Program-made: the position numbers and the translations under genes
Notes under the pieces: model-generated
What the model was told of the DNA's origin: nothing
The model's input: only the letters and a program-made list of their open reading frames with translations
The model's database searches: none
In this document: piece after piece, positions 8,738 through 16,792 of the stretch
Numbering within the stretch: position 1 is the first letter of the stretch
How the letters are laid out: each line of letters starts with the position of its first letter
Virus record (IMG/VR): IMGVR_UViG_3300037722_001048
Coordinates: 1-58,558 of that record
Reading direction: 5' to 3' (one strand)
DNA: 58,558 bases
From: a virus
Lineage: Duplodnaviria > Caudoviricetes

Positions 8738-9415
8738 CTAAACCCCTAATTCCCCTTGCGTAGGGTCAAACACGTAGGCTCCCACAACCTTTCGGATGAA
8801 GATAGATAAGGCTGTGTCTTCCGGTAGGGAATCCAGAGCGGATAAATCCCCCTCCAATAATTGGGCTTCCCCTAATTGCCTGGCCGCTTTTTCAATACTC
8901 TGCATGTGCTCCGCGTAAAGCTTGTATTTAGCTGACGCCGGCTGAAGACCGTTCATATAATTCAGCATCTCGTGGGCAAATGCTAGAGGGGTAGGCAGGA
9001 AGATCCAATTGTAGTAATAACCACAGGATGCCACATACCCAGGAATTTCCCCTATGAACTCTGGAACCCCGTCGTGGATAAGCCTGGCTAACTCCTTCAG
9101 TTGAGTTACCCCGTAGAGTATTTCCTCTATAAAGACCGGCTGTGGGACATCCATAACACACACATTATTATTAAATGCGTGCATAGTTTTTTCAAATGCA
9201 GTAGATACAGAGAGGGGCATTCCTAAGTTACTTGCGGCCGCCTGCACCGCCAGAAGCTTATCCTGCATGGCGGTATCAGTAACCTCTGGGAATTGACGTA
9301 GAAGCGTCTCTGGCTCCCAGGTCAGCCAAGGGCTATCTTCTATACTGAGCTGCGAATCCAGCAGAGTAAAGATCTTCGAGGGGTGACTTTTAAATACTTG
9401 ACTGTTATTCAACAT
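8738..9415 (-). CDS. hypothetical protein
   Basis: 225-aa ORF in the terminase operon. Confidence 0.75.
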   Translation of the reverse strand: MLNNSQVFKSHPSKIFTLLDSQLSIEDSPWLTWEPETLLRQFPEVTDTAMQDKLLAVQAAASNLGMPLSVSTAFEKTMHAFNNNVCVMDVPQPVFIEEILYGVTQLKELARLIHDGVPEFIGEIPGYVASCGYYYNWIFLPTPLAFAHEMLNYMNGLQPASAKYKLYAEHMQSIEKAARQLGEAQLLEGDLSALDSLPEDTALSIFIRKVVGAYVFDPTQGELGV

Positions 9416-9426
9416 AAGGTAAGTCC

Positions 9427-10467
9427 TTACTCTGAATCAACAGAGTCATCGCTCGGGATAACTTCGCCACCACTACGCACGATCAAATCCCTTAGCCGGG
9501 GGATATCTATGTTACCTTCTTCGTCTTCCACTTCTTCCATAATGCCGTTACCGTACCGTGCGATGATTTCGGCTTTGGATAGTGCCGCGAGCTCTTCTTC
9601 GTCTTCGTCATCAATGCCCGCCACCTCAGCTTCCTTATTGAACACCGAGGAAAAAGCACAGGGGATCTTGCGGTCATACTTGCTGTTAGACAGCCCCGTC
9701 TCTTCATCCAGGGCATGGATTACTCCAGCCAGATTAGACAACTCTTCTTTGCTGGCAGTGATTTCCCCCTTGAGGGCCGAGGCCAGTTTAAGGTATCCTT
9801 CCCCGGAACGTCCGGAGCGAGAGGCTGCTGCTGCCCGAGCCTCCAGCAAGTACCTAGTGTTGGCAAAGTCCGTGTCCAGCAGGGCTGCATATTTTGAGAT
9901 GGTAGGGGAAAACCGGTGAACCCCGTAATCTTTCGCCAGCTTCACATAGGTCTGGGCGAACTCGACCCGATCAGGCAGAGGCAAGTTGAGATGCTCCCGG
10001 GTAAAAAGAGACTCGGCCTCGGTCATGTCAGCCTCGGATGCAACCTTGCACAGCTGATACTTCGGGAGCAGATAAACCGGCTCGAGGTCCGCAGCGGCTT
10101 TCGCCAGGGGTTTATATTTGAACAGGGTGTCGGGTACGTCGTGAAGATTGAGGTATGTATCAAGACGGGACTCGGCCAGAGCTGCAGTTTTCTCTGACAT
10201 CTGACTCCGCTGTTGATCGAAGTACACCTTACTGAGAATCACATTCTCTCGGGTATTGACAGGGAATAAGCGCTCTCGGGACAGCGCGAACTGCTCCTCA
10301 GCACATTTGGTAGTGCTGTCGTAGTCAATCTCAATAGATGCCAGAGCAGTTTTAAGCTCGGCACTGTCAATATTCTGCATGGCACAATAAAGAACCCGCA
10401 GCGATGGGTCAGAGTACTGGTCAACAACAGTTTCTAGCTGGGACATAATTAGGACCTTTCTATCCAT
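9427..10467 (-). CDS. hypothetical (head-associated?) protein with K-x-A motifs
   Basis: 346-aa ORF containing KTA, KVA, KLA, KEA motifs; start may be the second Met. Confidence 0.75.
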   Translation of the reverse strand: MDRKVLIMSQLETVVDQYSDPSLRVLYCAMQNIDSAELKTALASIEIDYDSTTKCAEEQFALSRERLFPVNTRENVILSKVYFDQQRSQMSEKTAALAESRLDTYLNLHDVPDTLFKYKPLAKAAADLEPVYLLPKYQLCKVASEADMTEAESLFTREHLNLPLPDRVEFAQTYVKLAKDYGVHRFSPTISKYAALLDTDFANTRYLLEARAAAASRSGRSGEGYLKLASALKGEITASKEELSNLAGVIHALDEETGLSNSKYDRKIPCAFSSVFNKEAEVAGIDDEDEEELAALSKAEIIARYGNGIMEEVEDEEGNIDIPRLRDLIVRSGGEVIPSDDSVDSE

Positions 10468-10502
10468 GAAGTATTAAACTGGGTAGGCGATATGCGTTAC
10501 AT

Positions 10503-10536
10503 AAGATAATGGGTAAAAGGCCCCTAGAAATTAAGT
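10503..10536 (-). promoter_or_regulatory. putative late promoter ACTTAA-N18-CCATTAT
   Basis: - strand ACTTAAtttctaggggccttttacCCATTATCT upstream of the terminase operon. Confidence 0.65.
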
Positions 10537-10538
10537 GC

Positions 10539-10554
10539 TTTTTTTGTTACAAGA
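10539..10554 (+). promoter_or_regulatory. putative early promoter of the RT operon
   Basis: TTTTTTTGTTACAAGA, same motif as 5566-5580. Confidence 0.55.
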
Positions 10555-10607
10555 AAATACCTATGCGCTGCGACCTAGCTTTGCTACTACTAATAAGGAG
10601 ACACACC

Positions 10608-10928
10608 ATGAAACACAGCCCGGCACCCTGGCGTATCATACGCTCCAGTGATTATACGGATAACCTAGAGGATACCTCAATCCAATTGATTAAGGCAGCA
10701 GATGGAACAACGATACTGTTTACAGATAGTGGGTATTTTAAACCGAAGGAAGAGAACATCAGCCTAATAATAGCCGCTCCTTACCTGCTGGAGGCCCTGA
10801 AGCTGACTCTAGCTTCTTTGCAGAACTGGATCGAGATTGCCGACGAGGAGGACAAGCGAGACTACGACGCGACTGCTGTGGAAAAAGCTCTGAAGGCCCT
10901 AGATATGGCCGAACACCAATCCAACTAA
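10608..10928 (+). CDS. conserved phage hypothetical protein (KH(S/T)PxPW...LIAAAP-type)
   Basis: AAGGAG RBS before ATG 10608; MKHSPAPW...NISLIIAAPYLLEAL. Confidence 0.75.
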   Translation: MKHSPAPWRIIRSSDYTDNLEDTSIQLIKAADGTTILFTDSGYFKPKEENISLIIAAPYLLEALKLTLASLQNWIEIADEEDKRDYDATAVEKALKALDMAEHQSN

Positions 10929-10951
10929 CTAACTAAGAAAGGGACAAAGCG

Positions 10952-11698
10952 ATGGAACATCGTGAGGATCCAAGAATCAGTGAGAGCGAAGAAATTATCG
11001 ACGGGCCCCAGCCTACCTTCACTCCAAGTGGTGTGGTCGATCTATCCCGCCCGGAAGGGCTCCGAACCACCGTAGTTGTAGGCGAAGCCTCAGAGTCCCT
11101 AAAACCTAGGCTCCTGGAGGGCCAAGACACAGAAGAGATTGAGGAGGCAGTAGTCCCTGACTGTCTAATCAAACTGAAACTAACCCCTGAGCTGACTGGT
11201 ATGTCACAGCAAGACCAGTATCGTGGAATATGGGTAGCCTACTTTGTACGCAAGGATTGGTGCGTAGGGGCCAACCGCAGGAAATTGACTCAAATCTTTT
11301 CCTCTTTCTTCTTATTGGATATCGGGCCCTGCTCTAATATATTCCCTAACGCAACTCTCGAATTTAAGCGTACTTTAACACACTTGGCCAGCGACTACTA
11401 CATGCTGGTCCCTATCCGTGTGATGAAAAACAACGACAGCGTTGAATTAATTGGTATAAAATTAAATAAGTATTCCACGCGAGCTCGGGGGTGCAGATTA
11501 GATAACGACCGTTTACACATTGTGGACCGATGTTTCAATGGCATATGGGTAACACACCCCACGGTGGCAGGCTATAATAAAATGAGTTACAGTCGCGGTG
11601 TGGTGCACCGAAAAATGCTGGAGGCCTACACGCAAGGTGGTGTGGCAATTGATAATTATGTTTTGAACACTATTTCCGCACTTGGAGGACTCTTCTAA
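10952..11698 (+). CDS. hypothetical protein translationally coupled to the RT
   Basis: 248 aa with acidic N-terminus; stop overlaps the RT start (TAATG). Confidence 0.75.
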   Translation: MEHREDPRISESEEIIDGPQPTFTPSGVVDLSRPEGLRTTVVVGEASESLKPRLLEGQDTEEIEEAVVPDCLIKLKLTPELTGMSQQDQYRGIWVAYFVRKDWCVGANRRKLTQIFSSFFLLDIGPCSNIFPNATLEFKRTLTHLASDYYMLVPIRVMKNNDSVELIGIKLNKYSTRARGCRLDNDRLHIVDRCFNGIWVTHPTVAGYNKMSYSRGVVHRKMLEAYTQGGVAIDNYVLNTISALGGLF

Positions 11699-12936
11699 TG
11701 ACGATTCAAATGGATCGGTACAGTAGCGATATATTCTCGGACAAGACCGTAGGATATACAGCAGTTATCCAAGATTGGTACGACTTGGCGGTCGCAACCA
11801 ATATAAAGCCCCAATCTCTGGCCCATGCTTTACGCAACCGGGTTGCCATGCAGACCCAGATCAGGATAAAGGATCGGACCGTCTATAATTCAGCACCCAC
11901 CCTAAAGAATGTGCAGGAAAAGCTAATACCCTTTTTCAAAGGCATGTACTCTCAGGTGGATACCGAGCCTATGCTCGCTTATGTGAAAGGTAAAGATCCC
12001 CGCCAGGTACTGAGAGGGTGTACCGGGTTCAAGTACGAGGTGCTGTTCGATATCCGGAAATACTACGACCATATCACCTTCCGGCATCTAGTGGAGATGT
12101 TCCAGGGTTTCGGTATGTCGGAGATGGGGGCCAAGTTGGTAACTCGGTATTGCGTGGTCAAACGCAATGTCGGCGGTCAAGCGATTTCCACGCTCCAACA
12201 AGGATCGCCGTGCAGCCCCATCCTATCCAACCTGATTGGGGCTGTGCTCATTGATCAGCCGATCATGGCTTGGCTAAATGAGAAAGCTAGTCAACACCCG
12301 CGCATGACCTACAAGTACTACAGGTATAGCGATAATGCTGCGTTGTTCCTGGATGGAGAAATACCGCTGGATTTTATCAAAGAGTATCGTGCTTTCACCA
12401 CGAGGATACTTAATCGTGCCAGAATACAAGGGCATAAGTGGCAGGTAATACCCAGTAATCACCCTAAGAGAAATCAGAAATTCCTGGGGATCGTGTTGAA
12501 CAGCATCACCCGTATAGAGAAAACTGAATTTCAACGGCTCAGGGCTATGTTGTTTAATGCCTGCAAAGACGGTATATCCACGGCTGCGGAAGAGTATTGG
12601 GAGCTGAACCAGCACAAGTATCTTGACATTCAACTCCGATGGGGGGAAGTACCCACCGATTTTAAAATCGAGAAATTTAAGCAGGTGCTGCAGGGGAATA
12701 TCGCCTACGTGCATAGTGTTAATCCAGAGCATGCACTCATGCTACGGAAACTGCTGAAGGCTTCGGAGGCGCTATGTGCTCAAGGGTACGATCGTGCCCT
12801 CTTCCCTGGCCTCTTCGGCCTGATCAAACAATACAAACGAAAAGAGCCTCTCGAGCCCTTTATGGGACGTATTGCAAGAGCTATCGGGGGCAGCTCAACC
12901 AGCGATGTCTGTTTGGAAGACAATGACCTCATCTAA
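11698..12936 (+). CDS. retron-family reverse transcriptase with atypical YSDN motif
   Basis: LKNVQEKL, AYVKG, FDIRKYYDHITF, LQQGSPCSPILSNL, YRYSDN, QKFLGIVLN...RLRAMLFN, LQGNIAYVHSVNP. Confidence 0.85.
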   Translation: MTIQMDRYSSDIFSDKTVGYTAVIQDWYDLAVATNIKPQSLAHALRNRVAMQTQIRIKDRTVYNSAPTLKNVQEKLIPFFKGMYSQVDTEPMLAYVKGKDPRQVLRGCTGFKYEVLFDIRKYYDHITFRHLVEMFQGFGMSEMGAKLVTRYCVVKRNVGGQAISTLQQGSPCSPILSNLIGAVLIDQPIMAWLNEKASQHPRMTYKYYRYSDNAALFLDGEIPLDFIKEYRAFTTRILNRARIQGHKWQVIPSNHPKRNQKFLGIVLNSITRIEKTEFQRLRAMLFNACKDGISTAAEEYWELNQHKYLDIQLRWGEVPTDFKIEKFKQVLQGNIAYVHSVNPEHALMLRKLLKASEALCAQGYDRALFPGLFGLIKQYKRKEPLEPFMGRIARAIGGSSTSDVCLEDNDLI

Positions 12937-12948
12937 GGTAGACTGACG

Positions 12949-12991
12949 TAAAATGTACCCTGCCGCCTCCAAGGGGTAGGGTACATTTTAT
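12949..12991 (+). terminator. hairpin/terminator downstream of the RT
   Basis: TAAAATGTACCCTGCC...GGTAGGGTACATTTTA inverted repeat. Confidence 0.6.
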
Positions 12992-13014
12992 ATTCCATTT
13001 AATTTTAGCTACTA

Positions 13015-13046
13015 GCTTAACTTTAGACAAAATTGTCCCAATATAT
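13015..13046 (+). promoter_or_regulatory. variant late-type promoter GCTTAA-N17-CCAATAT
   Basis: Near-match to the bipartite motif, upstream of the 13096 gene. Confidence 0.45.
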
Positions 13047-13095
13047 CCTGGACTTGCTGAATTAATTCATAAGCGAAGAGAAGGAGATATAGGGC

Positions 13096-13524
13096 ATGCC
13101 AAACAAAGGACAAACGACTCCCAAACGACGTCGGCAGAAAGAGATTCAATCCACTGTACGACGAAAACTGGCTACACCATCCATTGCCATAGAAAAAAAC
13201 AATCTGTCCAGTGCCTGCCATAAATGTGGACGAAGTGGGTGGGTGCCTCAGCCAGAACCTATGACTTGGGGGTGTTTATATTGTGGTAACCGAGTCTACT
13301 ACACCCACGGGGTTCTTCAACAGCAAATTGATTCTACTATGGCTTCGGGGCGTAAAGGTGAGTATGTGAGATCGAAAGATGGGAGCACTATTTCCGCAAA
13401 GAAAAATGAAGATATAAAGCGCATTCTATTTCGGACTGCCCTCGAAAAAGCTGAGACAGAAAAAGCAAAAGCCAAGGCTCAAGCCAGAGAATTGGCCCGG
13501 CTGCAGTCCCAGATTTCCTTATGA
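13096..13524 (+). CDS. Zn-ribbon hypothetical protein
   Basis: CHKC...CLYC; AAGGAG RBS. Confidence 0.7.
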   Translation: MPNKGQTTPKRRRQKEIQSTVRRKLATPSIAIEKNNLSSACHKCGRSGWVPQPEPMTWGCLYCGNRVYYTHGVLQQQIDSTMASGRKGEYVRSKDGSTISAKKNEDIKRILFRTALEKAETEKAKAKAQARELARLQSQISL

Positions 13525-14117
13525 ATTACGTAGGTATCGACCCCTCTTTAGCTAATACTGCAGTATGTGTGCTGGGCCCCACCGGGCGTGTAGCAGGGGG
13601 GTACAATTTTAAACGCAGTAAAGCCTTTCATCTGCCCAAGAAGACGCCCGGCTACACTTGGTTGCGTCTTGGCCAGCTGCGCCAATTCGTGACAGAGAGT
13701 ATTTTACTTACTGACGGTAGCTCGCAGGGCGTGGTAGTTGGGTATGAAGATTACTCCTTGGAGAGTACCAATAAACCGTTTACTATCGGGGAGTTGGGTG
13801 GCGTACTGAAACTGGTTCTGACCGAACAGGGGTGGATACCCAACATGGTCGAACCCACAGTACTGAAGAAATTCGCCACAGGGGCAGGGCATGCGGGTAA
13901 GCAGGAAATGATTGATCAGGCCAAACTGGAATCCGAGTGGATACGGAGCCTGAAGAAGCCGGACTTAACAGATGATTTATGTGATGCTTATTTTTTAGCT
14001 AAATGGGTTTGGTACTTATCAGCCCCCTCTGATGTAGTAAAGCATGAGATTCATAGAGACAAACTCCGGGAACGTCTTGAATATGTAGCTCTAACCAAGA
14101 AGAGAAAGGAAAAATAA
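13521..14117 (+). CDS. RuvC-like Holliday junction resolvase
   Basis: YVGIDPSL, GYEDY, PTVLKKFATG, DDLCDAYFLA. Confidence 0.8.
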   Translation: MNYVGIDPSLANTAVCVLGPTGRVAGGYNFKRSKAFHLPKKTPGYTWLRLGQLRQFVTESILLTDGSSQGVVVGYEDYSLESTNKPFTIGELGGVLKLVLTEQGWIPNMVEPTVLKKFATGAGHAGKQEMIDQAKLESEWIRSLKKPDLTDDLCDAYFLAKWVWYLSAPSDVVKHEIHRDKLRERLEYVALTKKRKEK

Positions 14118-14118
14118 C

Positions 14119-14460
14119 GTGGAAGAAGAAGAACTAGCCTTCGAAGTAGGAGTGCAGCAGGCACCTAAAACTACGGTAGTTATCTTTAAACAACTAACGG
14201 GGGAGTACACCATAGGGGTCGTGTCAGGAGTGACTACTATGGGTATAACTGTTACCCACTACACCCAGATTGAAATTGACGGGGAAGACTCTGCTATTTG
14301 GGCTTTCCCTATCGCGGTGCCCCTACAGGGCATCGATGGCGATACGGTTTCTAACATCGAAACAATTATCCCTAAGGGGTCCTACTTATTTTTTTCCCGG
14401 GCCCCCTTGGACTCTGCTCATCCTTTTGTAGTTAAGTTTAAGGAGTTTTGGGAGCTTTAA
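14119..14460 (+). CDS. hypothetical protein
   Basis: 113-aa ORF, AAGGA RBS. Confidence 0.65.
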   Translation: MEEEELAFEVGVQQAPKTTVVIFKQLTGEYTIGVVSGVTTMGITVTHYTQIEIDGEDSAIWAFPIAVPLQGIDGDTVSNIETIIPKGSYLFFSRAPLDSAHPFVVKFKEFWEL

Positions 14461-14479
14461 CCGGTAAAGGCGTTACTTG

Positions 14480-14520
14480 CAAAAAACCCCGTAAGGACTT
14501 AGTCCTTACGGGGTTTTTTG
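14480..14520. terminator. bidirectional intrinsic terminator
   Basis: AAAAAACCCCGTAAGGACT-T-AGTCCTTACGGGGTTTTTT between convergent genes. Confidence 0.85.
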
Positions 14521-14535
14521 CTTCGCTGGGGAAGG

Positions 14536-15081
14536 TTAAGGCCAGGTGATGGCGGCGATCCGGGTAGCGGCATCGGGCGCGGTCGGGTCGACGGCGGCCA
14601 GGGTGTCGAGGAGCGCCTGCTGCTGGCCGAGGATGGCGCCGGAAGCGGCTTCGAAGAGGGCGACGTTTTCGAGAACCTTGCCGGCCAGGTCGGACAGAGA
14701 GATCCCCCGGGCTAAGGCCATGGCCGAGAGCATGGGAGTCGACGCGGCGGGGTCGAGGGACCAGGCCCGGGCCTCGGACTGCTGGGTCGCCCAAGTTTCT
14801 CGTTCGGCGGGGAGGTAGGGGGCGGCGAGGGCAGAGAGGCGGAGGGAGCCTTCGGCGCGGAGGGTGTGTTCTTTTGCGATGTGTTGCTCCAATATCGTCA
14901 TGGAGGCCGGGACAATGAATGGCCGTCCCCCAACTGAAGAGGAGATCCTTCCCCCCATCGCTTGGCCCTCGATAAGCTCACGGTACTCGGTTTCCGATAG
15001 CTCCACGCTATCGACCGGGATGACGGAGTGGATGTCGCCGCAGTAAAAACCTCTCGAATCGTGATGGTAGTAGTAGTTCAT
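14536..15081 (-). CDS. tail fibre assembly/chaperone-like protein (start MNYYYH at 15081)
   Basis: GFY...IH..IPVDSVELSE.EY..L..GQ..G.....GRP Tfa-like N-terminus; YLPAERETW..Q..EARAW C-terminus; follows the fibre gene. Confidence 0.7.
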   Translation of the reverse strand: MNYYYHHDSRGFYCGDIHSVIPVDSVELSETEYRELIEGQAMGGRISSSVGGRPFIVPASMTILEQHIAKEHTLRAEGSLRLSALAAPYLPAERETWATQQSEARAWSLDPAASTPMLSAMALARGISLSDLAGKVLENVALFEAASGAILGQQQALLDTLAAVDPTAPDAATRIAAITWP

Positions 15082-15097
15082 GTGTTCAATCTCCCGG

Positions 15098-16285
15098 TTA
15101 ATAACCAATAGCCATGCCGTAGTAATACGTCGTCCCGGAAGACCCGTTATCACGGTTAGCTGTAAATTGGGTGTTGGACAGAATCTGGATGAGGGCAAAA
15201 ACCAAGGAGGTGCGATTGGCCACCTGCATGTTAAGACATGCTGTCGGGAAGGCTATTGGGAAAGAGTAGGTTTGTATCTCGTTCGTGGTTATGGTTAAAT
15301 CGAAGAACTGGATTATCAATCCGCTGGGGAGCTTCTGATACCCGGATGCCGTCTTGGCGGCGGCGAACTGACCGAAATTCACAACATCATTCCCGGCGAT
15401 CCCGGCGATTGCTTCCAGTCGACCGGCCGCGTCGCGGAACGCCAAAGTATTTGCCACTGCCGTGGTCGCGGCACCGTGAACAGTTCCGGTGCTATTTGCA
15501 TGCGCATCCACAGTGTCTTTGCGAGCAATATCGTCAGCTGCCGAAGGTGCCGCAACTTTGGCCCGACCAGAGGCATCACGCATCATAATGCGGCTGGCGG
15601 TGGCGGCGGAGGTGGCACTGTGGGCAGAGGTCACGGCGTTGTGAGTGTTGACCTTGTCCTGGGCACCTGCAAGAGTTTCGTGACCACTGTGAGGTGCTAC
15701 CGCATCCGTATGGCCTGTAAAGGTGTCTAAGCGGGCAATGTCATCAGCGGCTGCAGGCGCGGCAACCTTGGCGCGTCCTGATGCATCACGCATTATGATT
15801 CGGTTGATAGTGGCGGCGGAGGTGGCGCTGTGGGCGGTGGTCAGATTTGCGTGAGTGTCCACCTTATCCTGAGCACCTGTTGGGGTTTCGTGACCACTGT
15901 GGGGGGCCGCAACAGAGGTATGCGCATCCACCGTATCCTTACGGGCAATGTCATCGGCAGATGCAGGCGCAGCGACCTTGGCCCGACCAGAGGCATCACG
16001 CATCATAATGCGGCTGGCGGTGGCGGCGGAGGTGGCACTGTGGGCGGTGGTCAGATTTGCGTGGGTATCCACCTTATCCTGAGCACCTGTTGGGGTTTCG
16101 TGACCAGAATGGGGGGCCGCTGCGGCAACATGTGTGTCTAATCCACTTTTTAAGAAAGCGGTGCGATTAGCCAGTTCCTGAGCTTGGCGATTATCTACCT
16201 GGTCGGCGCCCCCTCTTACAGGGTCTAGTTCCTCCAACTGGTAAATACCAGGCTCCCATACCGAGGTTTCGATTAAATCAGCCAT
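15098..16285 (-). CDS. tail fibre protein
   Basis: N-terminal W..GIYQLE..DPV.GG....N.QA..LANRT.FLK; three 70-aa repeats; C-terminal SGYQKLPSGLIIQ...FPIAFP...AIGY. Confidence 0.85.
   Translation of the reverse strand: MADLIETSVWEPGIYQLEELDPVRGGADQVDNRQAQELANRTAFLKSGLDTHVAAAAPHSGHETPTGAQDKVDTHANLTTAHSATSAATASRIMMRDASGRAKVAAPASADDIARKDTVDAHTSVAAPHSGHETPTGAQDKVDTHANLTTAHSATSAATINRIIMRDASGRAKVAAPAAADDIARLDTFTGHTDAVAPHSGHETLAGAQDKVNTHNAVTSAHSATSAATASRIMMRDASGRAKVAAPSAADDIARKDTVDAHANSTGTVHGAATTAVANTLAFRDAAGRLEAIAGIAGNDVVNFGQFAAAKTASGYQKLPSGLIIQFFDLTITTNEIQTYSFPIAFPTACLNMQVANRTSLVFALIQILSNTQFTANRDNGSSGTTYYYGMAIGY
15500..16120 (-). repeat. three ~210-bp tandem repeats inside the tail fibre gene
   Basis: APHSGHET.GAQDKV.TH...AHSATSAAT..RI.MRDASGRAKVAAP..ADDIAR x3 (starts near 16120, 15910, 15700). 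Confidence 0.9.
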
Positions 16286-16294
16286 GCTATGTCC

Positions 16295-16792
16295 TTAGGA
16301 AAGTGTGATAGTCCACTCGCCGTGAAGACGGAGGGAGCTATCTTTGATGATGGGAGTTCTTGTTTTACGAGCAAAGAGTGTTTGACCTTCGGATAAAAGC
16401 CCAATCTCTGCGAAGCTGAGACCGTTAGCTTCTGTGAAATCAACATCCCATAAGAAGGTAATACTATTGGCACTGGGATAGGTAAAACTGGTGATAGTGG
16501 TCAGGAATGCGACCAACGTAGTCGAGACCATGTTATCACCCAGAGTCAAGGCACTGGTGGCCAAACCACCTACTGTACTATCCGCAAGCAAGGGGGAGGT
16601 AGGGTCATTGCCTAAGGCAATCTTGGTAATGAAATTAGTCGAATCCCCTACAAGAGCGTGGCAGGTCACCGGCTGCGCCGAAGTTACAACCAGGTTCTCT
16701 TCAAACTCTTCAAACACACAATTGCCTGCCCGGTCAAACGCCCATAGGCGGGGTAATCCTCGCCAAGTTTTAATATTGAATTTATCAATCAT
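16295..16792 (-). CDS. tail-collar/baseplate fibre-attachment protein
   Basis: ITKIALG...EANG..FAEIGL.....LFARKT...I.KD......GEWTI; adjacent to the fibre gene. Confidence 0.6.
   Translation of the reverse strand: MIDKFNIKTWRGLPRLWAFDRAGNCVFEEFEENLVVTSAQPVTCHALVGDSTNFITKIALGNDPTSPLLADSTVGGLATSALTLGDNMVSTTLVAFLTTITSFTYPSANSITFLWDVDFTEANGLSFAEIGLLSEGQTLFARKTRTPIIKDSSLRLHGEWTITLS

Noticed and set aside
10509-10607. N-terminal extension of the 139-aa ORF
   Set aside because: Overlaps two promoter motifs. The AAGGAG RBS supports a start at 10608.
11698-16285. Diversity-generating retroelement targeting the tail fibre
   Set aside because: RT motifs are retron-like, and I found no template/variable repeat pair differing at adenines. 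The fibre repeats are in-frame tandem duplications.
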